Source: a virus
Lineage: Duplodnaviria > Caudoviricetes
Length of the DNA: 45,842 bases
IMG/VR virus record: IMGVR_UViG_3300044984_003392
Location: 1 to 45,842 of that record
Reading direction: 5' to 3' (one strand)
In this document: positions 34,008 to 44,100 of the stretch, in pieces
Numbering within the stretch: the stretch's first letter is position 1
How the letters are laid out: the number at the start of each line of letters is the position of its first letter
Notes under the pieces: generated by a model
What the model was told of the DNA's origin: nothing
What the model saw: only the letters and a program-made list of their open reading frames with translations
Database searches by the model: none
Program-made: the position numbers and the translations under genes

Positions 34008-35665
34008 CCTTTGCCCCTGTACCACAGGTAGGGGGCTCCGGCCCTCTTTCCGCTTCCATCGCCGTAGTTGTCGACTGCGCCACCGCCGACGATATCTGGA
34101 AGGGGTTCGCGCTCGCCGGCTCCTCAGGCGACTTCTTCAACAAGCTCCTTCACGAGGCTGGCATCCTCCGCTCGGAGGTTTTCGTCACCCCTGTCATCCG
34201 GACGAGGGTTAATGACGCCTCCGCCCTCTACACCACCAACAAGACCAAAGCGCAAAAACTCGCCCTCTCTTCCGTCATCGGAAATGTCTGGGTTCATCCT
34301 TCACTCCCTACCTCCATCGCCAAGCTCCACGAGACCCTGGAAACCCTTCCGAACCTTAAGGTCTGCATCGCCCTTGGCGATCTCGCCATGTTCGCCCTGA
34401 CCTCCCAGTACGGAAGTGTGGATACGTGGAGAGGCTCCATCATGGATGCTAGCCATGGCCAGTACCAAGTCATTCCAACCTATCCCCCCGCCGCCCTGTA
34501 CAAGCAGTGGTCGGTAAAGAGCTTTTGCGTTCGGGACTTACAAAGGGTCAAAGACCTCGCTCTCCGCCCCGAGCTGTACCAGTTCCCCTCCTACCAGTTC
34601 CGTATTCGCCCGACCTTTTCCCAGACAACCGGCATCCTTCTCATGCTTCTTGGGGAAGTTGCTGGTGGCCGCACACTTAAGCTTTCCGTCGACATTGAGA
34701 CGATCGCGAGACGTATTAGCTGTATCGGCTTCGCCTGGAACGTACGGGAAGCCCTGTGCATCCCCTTCATGACTCTCGACGGACACTACTGGACTGAGGA
34801 CGAGGAGATCGAAATCTGCTTCCTCATGAAGGAGCTTTTAACCCACCCGCTCGTCGAGGTAATCGGCCAGAACTTCAACTACGACAATCAGTACTTCGCC
34901 CGTTACCTCGGGTACTTGCCCAACCAGACCTTCGACACGATGATCGCCCAGCACGTGCTCTTCCCTGGCATCCCGAAGTCACTCGACTTCCTCTCCTCCA
35001 TGTACTGCCACTTCCACCGTTACTGGAAAGACGAGATCAACGACTATACCCGGTTGCCGGAAAATATGGAGCAGTACTGGACATACAACTGCAAAGACGT
35101 ATGCGTGACCTACGAGGTTGCCCTTGTCCTCGAAAACCTCCTCGACCATGTAGGCCGTCGTCAGCAGTACGACTTCATGCAAGCCACAGCCCGCTCCGCT
35201 CTGCGCACCATGCTCCTCGGCATGCGGATCGACCAGAAGTCGCGGAGTGCTATCGCTGGCGAACTCATGAACGCGATCATGGAGTACGACACCCTCATCC
35301 AGGACATTGTCGGCTTCCCCCTCAACGTGGGCTCCCCCAAGCAGATGCAGGACTTCTTCTATGGCGATCTTAAACTTCCAATCCAGATTGACCGCAAGAC
35401 AAAAAGGCCGACACTTAATGCCAAGGCGATGGCTGCCCTTGCGGAGAAGGAGCCCCTGCTCCGACCTCTTGTGGAGCTTATCGAGAAGAAGAGGAGTCTC
35501 GGCGTCTTCCTCTCCACCTTCTGCCTGATGCCCCTGGACACGGACGGGAGAATGCGGTGCAGTTTTAACGTCTGCGGGACAGAAACCATGCGCTTTTCTT
35601 CTTCAGAAAACGCATTTGGTACAGGCGGAAATCTTCAGAATATTCCTAAGGGAGATAAAGAATGA
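34004..35665 (+). CDS. polA: DNA polymerase family A, N-terminal part (UDG-like domain, 3'-5' exonuclease, thumb/palm start)
   Basis: ExoI SVDIET, ExoII GQNFNYD, ExoIII YNCKD, NVGSPKQM, TETMRFSS, NLQNIP; ATGA coupling at 34004. Confidence 0.88.
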   Translation: MTFAPVPQVGGSGPLSASIAVVVDCATADDIWKGFALAGSSGDFFNKLLHEAGILRSEVFVTPVIRTRVNDASALYTTNKTKAQKLALSSVIGNVWVHPSLPTSIAKLHETLETLPNLKVCIALGDLAMFALTSQYGSVDTWRGSIMDASHGQYQVIPTYPPAALYKQWSVKSFCVRDLQRVKDLALRPELYQFPSYQFRIRPTFSQTTGILLMLLGEVAGGRTLKLSVDIETIARRISCIGFAWNVREALCIPFMTLDGHYWTEDEEIEICFLMKELLTHPLVEVIGQNFNYDNQYFARYLGYLPNQTFDTMIAQHVLFPGIPKSLDFLSSMYCHFHRYWKDEINDYTRLPENMEQYWTYNCKDVCVTYEVALVLENLLDHVGRRQQYDFMQATARSALRTMLLGMRIDQKSRSAIAGELMNAIMEYDTLIQDIVGFPLNVGSPKQMQDFFYGDLKLPIQIDRKTKRPTLNAKAMAALAEKEPLLRPLVELIEKKRSLGVFLSTFCLMPLDTDGRMRCSFNVCGTETMRFSSSENAFGTGGNLQNIPKGDKE

Positions 35666-36102
35666 AATCTGGAATAACCCCAACGTACACTGTTTGGCTA
35701 AACATGCGAAACAGGTGTAACAACCCAAACTACGAATTTTATAAAAACTATGGAGGCAAAGGAATTACGGTCTGCCCACAGTGGGATTCTTTTGAGATGT
35801 TTCTTGCTGATATGGGGGAGCAGCCAACTGGTTTAATTCTCGATCGCAGAAATAATGATCTAGGCTATTCCAAAGAAAACTGTCGCTGGGTTACCCCTGC
35901 TGTTTCTTCCCAGAACCGTTCTCCAGTTTTTAGTAATACTCCTTTCGGAATCAAAGGAGTCTATTGGAACAGGTCAAAGCGCTATTACGCAGTCGTTTGT
36001 ATTCAAAATAAAATTAAAGTAGAAATTCTCCGCACTAAGGATTTCTTCTTAGCTTGTTGCGCTCGTAAATCCTGGGAGATGAAAAATGTCATTGGGCAGT
36101 AA
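35662..36102 (+). CDS. HNH homing endonuclease with C-terminal AP2-like domain
   Basis: WLNMRNRC...YGGKGITVC...LDRRNNDLGYSKENCRW; GIKGVYWN; AT-rich relative to its flanks. Confidence 0.88.
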   Translation: MKSGITPTYTVWLNMRNRCNNPNYEFYKNYGGKGITVCPQWDSFEMFLADMGEQPTGLILDRRNNDLGYSKENCRWVTPAVSSQNRSPVFSNTPFGIKGVYWNRSKRYYAVVCIQNKIKVEILRTKDFFLACCARKSWEMKNVIGQ

Positions 36103-36859
36103 TATCAAATTACCGAACGTCAGGAAGTTCTTCCAGCCAGATCCAGGCTACATCCTCTTCGACGTCGACCTTGCCGGTGCCGATGCCCAGATCGTAGCAT
36201 GGGAAGCCGGGGATGAGCCACTCAAAGCTGCCTTCCGAGCCCACGCGGCTGGGAAAGGGCCGAAAGTCCACTGCGTCAATGCCCAGGCTATTTTCGGCTC
36301 AGCCGCTGGCCCAGACGGCAAGACCGACCCGTACTACTCCCGGGCGAAGGCTGGCGTCCACCTTACCAACTACGGCGGCAAGGCCAAGACCTGCGCAGCC
36401 GCTCTCTCCATCTCCGTCCCCGCCGCTGAACACTTCCAGCGCACATGGTTCGAGCTCCACCCCGCTATCAAGGAATGGCATACCACAGTCGAGAACAGCC
36501 TCCGCTACACCCGCTCCGTCCGCAACCCCTTCGGCTTCGTCCGCACCTACTTCGACCGCATCGACGACATGCTGCTCGGCCAGGCTCTCGCGTGGGTTCC
36601 GCAGAGTGCGGTTGCAATTATTATCGACACCGCGTATAATCGGATCACCGCTTCCCTCCCTGACGTCCAGATCCTACTCCAAGTCCATGACTCCCTCGTC
36701 GGTCAATGTCCAATTCCCCTCTGGCCCACACGCAAGAAACAAATCCGTGAAGCACTCGAAGTTGTAGTCCCTTACGCCGACCCCCTGATCGTCCCGACTG
36801 GCCTAGCCACCTCGACGAAGTCTTGGGGCGATGTAAAGAATGAAGCCTGGGATGTATAA
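36086..36859 (+). CDS. polA: DNA polymerase family A, C-terminal catalytic part
   Basis: Motif A DLAGADAQ, motif B AKAGVHLTNYG, motif C QVHDSL; own GGGAG RBS. Confidence 0.88.
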   Translation: MSLGSNIKLPNVRKFFQPDPGYILFDVDLAGADAQIVAWEAGDEPLKAAFRAHAAGKGPKVHCVNAQAIFGSAAGPDGKTDPYYSRAKAGVHLTNYGGKAKTCAAALSISVPAAEHFQRTWFELHPAIKEWHTTVENSLRYTRSVRNPFGFVRTYFDRIDDMLLGQALAWVPQSAVAIIIDTAYNRITASLPDVQILLQVHDSLVGQCPIPLWPTRKKQIREALEVVVPYADPLIVPTGLATSTKSWGDVKNEAWDV

Positions 36860-36876
36860 GAAACCTGGGGGAGTTG

Positions 36877-36910
36877 ATGGGGAGAGTAATCTCGCCATTA
36901 TCCTCCCCTT
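36877..36910. promoter_or_regulatory. 34-bp palindromic site 6 (upstream of the helicase-like gene)
   Basis: ATGGGGAGAGTAAT-ctcgcc-ATTATCCTCCCCTT. Confidence 0.65.
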
Positions 36911-36927
36911 TAACTCGGACACTCACA

Positions 36928-38127
36928 ATGCGTAACTCCCCTGACTGGATTAAGTCATTCGTCAATTTCGCCTCCCTCGGCGAAGCCCCCTTGCCATTCT
37001 ACTTCTGGACAGGTATCTCCACCGTTGCGGGAGCCCTCCGTCGGCGGGTCTGGATCGACATGAAGCAGTTCCAATGGGTCTGCAACCAGTACATCATACT
37101 CGTAGCTCCGCCCGGAATCGTCAGTAAAAGTACCACCGCCGCTGTCGGCATGAACCTACTCAAAGAGGTTCCCGGGATCAACTTCGGCCCAGACGTAGTA
37201 ACCTGGCAGAAGCTAGTGGAAGATATGGGCAAAGCTAACGAGATGGTCTACTGGCCCGAGAAGGAAACCTACCTCCCCATGTCCTGCGTGACCGTATCCT
37301 CCAGTGAATTCGGCAACCTGCTTGACCCGTCCAATCGCGAGATGGTTGACGTGCTCGTAAGCCTTTGGGACGGCCAGCCAGGCGCGTTCAAGAAGTCTAC
37401 CAAGACCAGTGGCAATGACCAGATCGAGAACCCTTGGGTCAACATCATCGCCTGTACCACCCCCGCCTGGATCTCCGGCAACTTCCCCGACTACATGATA
37501 GGTGGCGGCTTCACCTCCCGCTGCCTATTCGTGTATGCTGAGAAAAAGCGGAAGCTGGTAGCGTATCCTGCCGACCACGCCCCCGCCGATTACGCCGAGC
37601 AACGCACCGCCCTCATACAGGATCTCGAGCGCATCTCCACCCTCGTCGGGGAATACACTCTTACGACTGAGGCCAAGACCTGGGGAGTCCAGTGGTACGA
37701 GGAACACTACGAGACCAAGCACCCGCACCTCAACTCCGAGCAGTTCGGCGGCTACCTCGCCAGGAAACAGGCCCATATCCACAAGCTTGCCATGATCCTT
37801 ACCGCTGCGAAATCCGACCATTTGGTAATTGAGCAGGAAACCCTCCTCCTCGCCGCTTCCCTCGTCAACGCCCTCGAGGAATCCATGCCGAAGGTATTTG
37901 GCAAAATCGGCCTGAACCCCAAGACCAAAGCCCTCTCCGATCTCGCTGACATAATCGCCGCATCAGGCCCGATGACCCAGCAGGAACTCTACCGCCGGCT
38001 CTCCCGCCAAGTAACCTGGCAGGAGTTCACCCCGCTCTTGCAGTCCGCTGCCGAGGCTGGGTTCATCCGACTCGCCCAGCAGGGCTCCACCCACATCGTC
38101 TCCGCCGGATCACACACTCAGCAATAA
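36928..38127 (+). CDS. DUF3987-type AAA+ ATPase (putative replicative helicase)
   Basis: YIILVAPPGIVSKST Walker A variant, SSEFG, IIACTTP, GGFTSR; possible C-terminal winged helix. Confidence 0.75.
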   Translation: MRNSPDWIKSFVNFASLGEAPLPFYFWTGISTVAGALRRRVWIDMKQFQWVCNQYIILVAPPGIVSKSTTAAVGMNLLKEVPGINFGPDVVTWQKLVEDMGKANEMVYWPEKETYLPMSCVTVSSSEFGNLLDPSNREMVDVLVSLWDGQPGAFKKSTKTSGNDQIENPWVNIIACTTPAWISGNFPDYMIGGGFTSRCLFVYAEKKRKLVAYPADHAPADYAEQRTALIQDLERISTLVGEYTLTTEAKTWGVQWYEEHYETKHPHLNSEQFGGYLARKQAHIHKLAMILTAAKSDHLVIEQETLLLAASLVNALEESMPKVFGKIGLNPKTKALSDLADIIAASGPMTQQELYRRLSRQVTWQEFTPLLQSAAEAGFIRLAQQGSTHIVSAGSHTQQ

Positions 38128-38147
38128 GGGGGATTTCTCCCCCTTTT
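38126..38147. terminator. Bidirectional terminator between the convergent arms
   Basis: AAGGGGGA-TTTC-TCCCCCTT-TT between two convergent stop codons. Confidence 0.75.
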
Positions 38148-38149
38148 GC

Positions 38150-41100
38150 TCAGTAACTTTCCGCCACCCCTTCGGCAACTCCTCGATACTTCTTCTGGGT
38201 AGTTCCGAACTTCTCCCCAGCCGCCACCTGCTTCTTATGCGTCCGGATACTTTCATTCCGGTCTTTCTGGGTAATCCGCAGCTTCCTATCCGGCACGTTC
38301 TTCGAGAACTCATCCTGCGCCTTAACCACCTCCGTGCGCAACTTTTCATCCCCGCTCCGCACCGCCTGCCAGTACCGATCCATCAGATCGCTCCTTCTCC
38401 CCTGCCAGTAGTAAACCTCACTCTGCACCGCGAAGTTCCTCGCCCGATTCTCCACCAGTATCGTGGGGGCAAAGCCCAGCGCCTGGCCAAGGATCTCCGC
38501 AGTCGTGATATCCCGGAACTTACCCTGACCCTCGTCCCAGGTCATCCTTCGGCCATCCTTCGAGGTGACCCCATAGGTTGGCTTCAACCTCTGGCGAAGT
38601 TCCATATCCACCGCCTTGCTCACGTTCCCGATCGCCCCAGGCATCTTCTTCGCCCCCTCCACCCAGGCTCTTCCGGACAGCGGATCACCCCCCACGGTTC
38701 CGATCGCATCCAGCACGCTCTTGTAAAAGTTACCAGCTGGGCCGCTACTCGCCGTGACCAAGCTTCCTATGGTTTCCAGCGCGTTCATCTCCCGTTCTTT
38801 TACGAGTAGGTCTGTCCCAGGCAGCATCCGACCAAGCCCGAAGGAGCCGGAGGTACTAAACCCTCCGACATTATGGAGCAAGCCATGCATTCCAACATCT
38901 GCACTCCAGCCGAGTTTGTGCATTAAACGGTGCAGCGCCCAGTTTTCATCCATCCCCAGATCATCCATGAAGGCCCGCAGTTCCGCCTCAGCATTCCCGA
39001 ACCCGAGCTTTCTCCACAGCCACTGGACAATATCCATCATGTTCCTCGCGAACGGCACGCCCATCAACCCGCCCAGCAAAAGGAACATCAGCCAGATCTT
39101 CGCAGTCGTGCCCCGATAAGCCGGAGCCATACTCCGACCAAGCGTTGCCGCCTGAGCCCTTGCCGCCCGCTCATACCCGCCCGTACTGATCCAGCCCATG
39201 AACTGAACATAGCTCATGAACATCGTCAGGGCCGCCTTCTTCCCACGGAAGAGCTCTGGCCGGTTCGCCTGATCATACGCGTTCTGCAGCAGATTCGTCT
39301 TCTGCACCGCCCGCCCATAGGCCTCCCGCGTATTCCCTCCAGCCTTCCGTTCCAGCTTATAAAAGGTAATCAGCGAGTGGATCCGGTTCAGCTTCTCCGT
39401 CGCCTGGAAAGGCATCATCCCCAGCTCCGAAATCGCATGCCCGACCTGGCTCATCTTCCCTTTCGTCGCCGAGAGCAGCGCCCCGCTATCCGCTTGCGCC
39501 GCCAGATAATACGCGTAGCTCTGATCAATCACGCCGTCCTGCGTAGCTTGGTCTAGCACTGCCGTCAGCTCACTCATCATCGCATCGTCCAGCGTCGGTT
39601 GCGCCTCCCCCTTCGCCAGGGCCGCTTCCCTCCGACTCCGATATAAGAGCAATTCCCCCGTCTGCTTCAAACTCTTGGCGAATTCCACATTCCCCTGCAC
39701 TTCCCCATACTCCGAGGTAACTGCCGCCCAAGTATTAATAGTGGTCGAGACATTCATCAGCGCCGTCTTGACATTGTAGGCCAAATATACCAGCGTGATG
39801 AAACTTCTCATCCCCTGCAACTCCGCCGGGGGATTCATCAGATACCCCAAGGAACTCTGCATCATAGCGATATTCCTTCTCGCCCGATCCACAGTAGCCG
39901 CCTGAGCCTCCGCCTCCATCATCCCACCCTTTTCCAGTCTCCGTACAAGATGCTTGCTCGCCGAGATACTCTGCTGCAGCTCATACCGGTACTGCATCTT
40001 CCAGATGTAATTCGCATTTCTTCCCGCGAAATCCGCCAGCACTCTTGTATAATTTTCCTCCCCACCCGGCAGCTGCGCCGTGATCTTCTCATACTTTTCC
40101 GCTATTCTCGAGTACTTCGAAACCGACATTACATTCGCCAGCGTCTCTAGCCCTTCATCTGTAAATTCTCCTGTATGGCCCAGCCGCTCGAGTAGATCAT
40201 TCGGCAACTGCATCGGAATCCCCGTCTGTTCTTCCAGCACCTGGCTCGACACCTGCACCCCGAGGTTTGTCGCGTTGGCTTTCAGCGCCGCGCGGTAAGC
40301 CACATCGAAATCCGCCTTTCTCTCATAGTGCTTCCGAAAGACGACCTTCATCCTTCTCTGACCAAAGGCTACCGGCCCTTGATCCTGCTTCACCACCAGT
40401 ACATACCGCCCAAAATTCCCTTGAGGGACAAACGGCGAGAGCAAGAGTCCCGTCACCAGTTCATTAATCTTCCCAAGCTCCCGCTTCTGCAGCTCCGGCG
40501 CGTTCACATACGCCTGCGCCGCTTGGCGCTTCAGCCACTTGCCGAGCTCGTTGAAGTGGTACAGGAACAGATTCCGATTCTCCAGATACAAGTCCAGAAT
40601 ATGCCCCCCTTCCTCCGTAGTCACATCAACCCCTTGCTTCTTCATCCACTCGCGCAGGGCCAACGTATCCTGCACCTCCCAACGTTCCACCTGAGCCTGC
40701 TGTTCCAGGCCCATCCCCATTTCCTCACTCCAGACTTCCTGACCTTGGTGATCATACCCCTTGAGACTTGTCTGCAGCTGCCCGCTCTTCCATTCGGCCT
40801 TCAGGATCCCATGCAGCTTTCCAACCCTCTCCGCGCTCTGCCCGACAATCGACGAGAGTTTCTGCACTAGATCCTCCGCCGGTTTGAGCAGATTATTCTT
40901 CAGCTGCATCCCCTTCCCTAGCTTCTTCATGAACGTCTGGAGATTATAGTCCTCCGATTGCCCTGCCGCCACTTGCTGCAACTGCATAAGCGAGTCGACC
41001 ATCTTCGCATAGACGTTCCCCGCTGTCAGCTTCTCCTTCCCCCAGAACTTCTGCAGGAGCTTACTTACCGCGCGCGCCCCCTGCTGCCCCTGGCTTTCCT

Positions 41101-44100
41101 GATCCCAGTGCATCACATCAGTCTCGTCCAGCTTTTCCAGGTTCGAGCTCACGACTGCCTGCTCCGGGTTGAAGACGGCGTATAAAGTCCCCCCCAACGG
41201 GTCGAAGGTATTCTTCAGCACCACCCCGTCATACCCACCCGCTAGGGCCTGCTCCACCAGTTTCCCATGGATCGAGGCATCATACTTCTGACTTTCCATA
41301 TCTACAACCAGCGGATTCACCATATTCAAATAGTGTCCTTGTACCACTGCCTGTGCAGGAACAACCTTTTCCTCGTACTTCCGCTTCTGCGCCTGTTCCG
41401 CATACCATTGCGCATTCGCCTGATTATCCGAGAACCAAAACGCCTTGACCTTATCCAGCAGCGTAACCTTTCCACCTGCCCCGCGATACACAACTAGAGG
41501 ATTTCCGTCCGCCCCCCGCACCTGGGTGTTTCCGCCCCAGCGCTTGAAGTATGGGCTTTCAAACCCGAGACGCCCCCAAAAGCCGGCCGCCTCCGCAACC
41601 CGCGTAGGATTCCGGAATTCTTCCTGCGACAATCCCGCAAACTCGGCAAGTACTACCTCCGGACTCCGTGAACCATACGGATTCTCCCTGTCAAACGCAA
41701 TCACAGATTCCCCATAGTGGGAGGGATCAAACGCCAGCCACTCATTTCCGTGCTCCTCCACCAGCACGGCCCCGTACTCCCGCTTCAGGAACTTGGCAAT
41801 ATCCCGCTTGTAGCGATCATAAATCCCCTGATTCGGGCCAAAGCCCTCGTCTACATCATATGTCCAGGCTTCCACCTTGGCCAGAGTATCCGCGGTTGGG
41901 AAGTGCAGCCTCCCTCTCCCGTCCTTATTCGCCTGCGCCACTTCCTCCCGAATTATCCTTTGCCACCAGTCGTTCTTCATCTTCTGCAGCTTTTTCGTAT
42001 CCCACCAGACATTTTCCCGATCCTGTTTCGCCAGGTCAACTGCCTCATTCATCTGGAATTTCCGGTAGGCCTGTATCGCATCCAGGAGATTCTCCAATAG
42101 CCCTATATCCTTCACGTTCAGAGCGTGTTGTATTTCCACTTGATCCTGATAGTACCTAGCTGTTGACAGATAATCTCCATCCAGCCCGATCGGGAAATCC
42201 CCTGTCTCTTGGAAATCCCGAACCTCTTCCAGCAACCCATCCACGTGATTAAACGCTGCCGTAGTATCCGAGACCGTATCCCACAGGGTTTCATTCTCCA
42301 TCCCCTGTGGCGTATCCCGTCTCTGCATCAGGTCGCTTTGTATTTCCAGCACAAACCGTTCATCCCCTTGATCGACCCGCCGCGAGTGCGCGACATAGTT
42401 CGTGTTTCGAAAGTGGTTCCACCCTTCAACCTGAATCGGGGCCTCCCAGACGATTGCACTCGCCGTTGAGCTTAGCGGAGAGAATCCCACTCGATTCGCC
42501 CCATAGTCTACATCGAACGCATACACATCTGTGTAGAACCTCGGCTCCAGCGGCATCATTTCCTGCTCCAACGCCCATTTCGCCTGCTGAAGGCTAAACC
42601 CGTTCGGATGCCACTTCAGGAATTCCTCCCACATAGCCCGTTCCTGCGCCTTTACATCGCCCATCTTGATATAGGCGCGAAGGGTCTCCGCCTTAATCTT
42701 GTCCTTATTCGGGAGCTTATCCAGCACCTTCGAGGTGTATTCACGATCCCAGTTCACATCCTCGCCAAGGATACGCTGGAGGCTCGTGCGCACAGCCGTA
42801 AGTTCCCCGCGTTGGATCTTGTCCAGATACCGCTCCAACTGCGCAGCCGTGATGTTCCCCGCGCTTTCCAGCCCGTAGGCCATATCCTCAAGGATTGACT
42901 TTTCATCCACCTCCACAGCATTGATATACTCCGGCACAGGTACTTGCTCCGGAGGTTTCGCCTTCGGTTTAGCCTTGCTCTTCTTCCCAGTCGGCGTCAG
43001 GCCCTTCTCCGCCAGCAGTTTCTTCTGCGCCGCCTTAACCTTCTTCGAGAGAACAAACTTCCCATCCCCCTTTTCCATGGCTGCAGCCCTTCGCGTCTGC
43101 CCTTCCAGCCAAGCCTGGAACGTAGTCCCTGGAGCAATAATCCTCTCCCCGTCCACACCCTTGCTCGTCTTCAGCATACGGAACAGATCCCGAAGCTGCT
43201 CCATCGTCCTCGAGAAGAACTTACCCAAGGCACTTCCTTGCAGATCCCCCGCCTGCCAAGCCGCCCTACTAAACTGCTCCGCCATATACTCGTCGAAGTT
43301 CAGATCCGTAGTAGGATCATAGGGAACGTTCGACAGCGGATCGTGATAGGCGGCTTCCATCAGCTCCAACGCGGTCGAGTTATCCAGCGTTTTCTCCTTC
43401 CGCGCCAGCATACGCTCGGCCCAGCTATACAAGGACTTGTTCTTGGCACTCCGCAACGGATTAACACTATCCCCAAGCTTCCTTGTCCCTACCCAGCTTT
43501 CCACAAATTCCCTCGCCGTCAGTTCCCCTGACAGCACCTTCCCGCGAATCTCCTGCCACTCCCGCAACAGCCCTGCCTCTTCCGGAGCAATCTGAGCCAT
43601 GCTATCAAGCAGCGCCACCGGCACATTCCCTTGTTGAATCAACCCTTTCAGGGCATTCAGCCCCTTTCCATCCATCCCCTTTTCCAGCATCCCAGAATAG
43701 AAGTTCTGCACCTTCAGCGCATGGCCAAACTCGTGAGTCAAGGCCGTAACCACCGCCATCCGCGTCTGAACATCCCCACCCTGATACTTAAACGAGGGCA
43801 TCTCCCGAGGCGTAATCACATGAGTCCATTCCCCCGTCGCCTCATTCAGCACCGGCACATGAGCGCCAAATTTCCCCTCTCCCAGCTGTTCCAGATTCAG
43901 TATAACTCTGGCATTCGGCATATACTTCTGTACCCACGCGGCAATCGAGTCCAGCATCGGCACATACACTTCCTTCGGGAAAAGCTCTTGATTCTCCCCA
44001 ATCATTACAACTGCGCCAGCCTGGACTTCCCCAACCTGTTGCAGATTTAGGCCGAGAACCGCTCCATCCGTGGAGCCTGTAATCGGCCGAAGATCGAACG

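Noticed and set aside
35662-36102. Group I intron or intein in polA
   Set aside because: An in-frame stop ends the N-part, the HNH ORF is in another frame and fills the interval, and no intron core or intein termini were recognised. Not formally excluded without RT-PCR.
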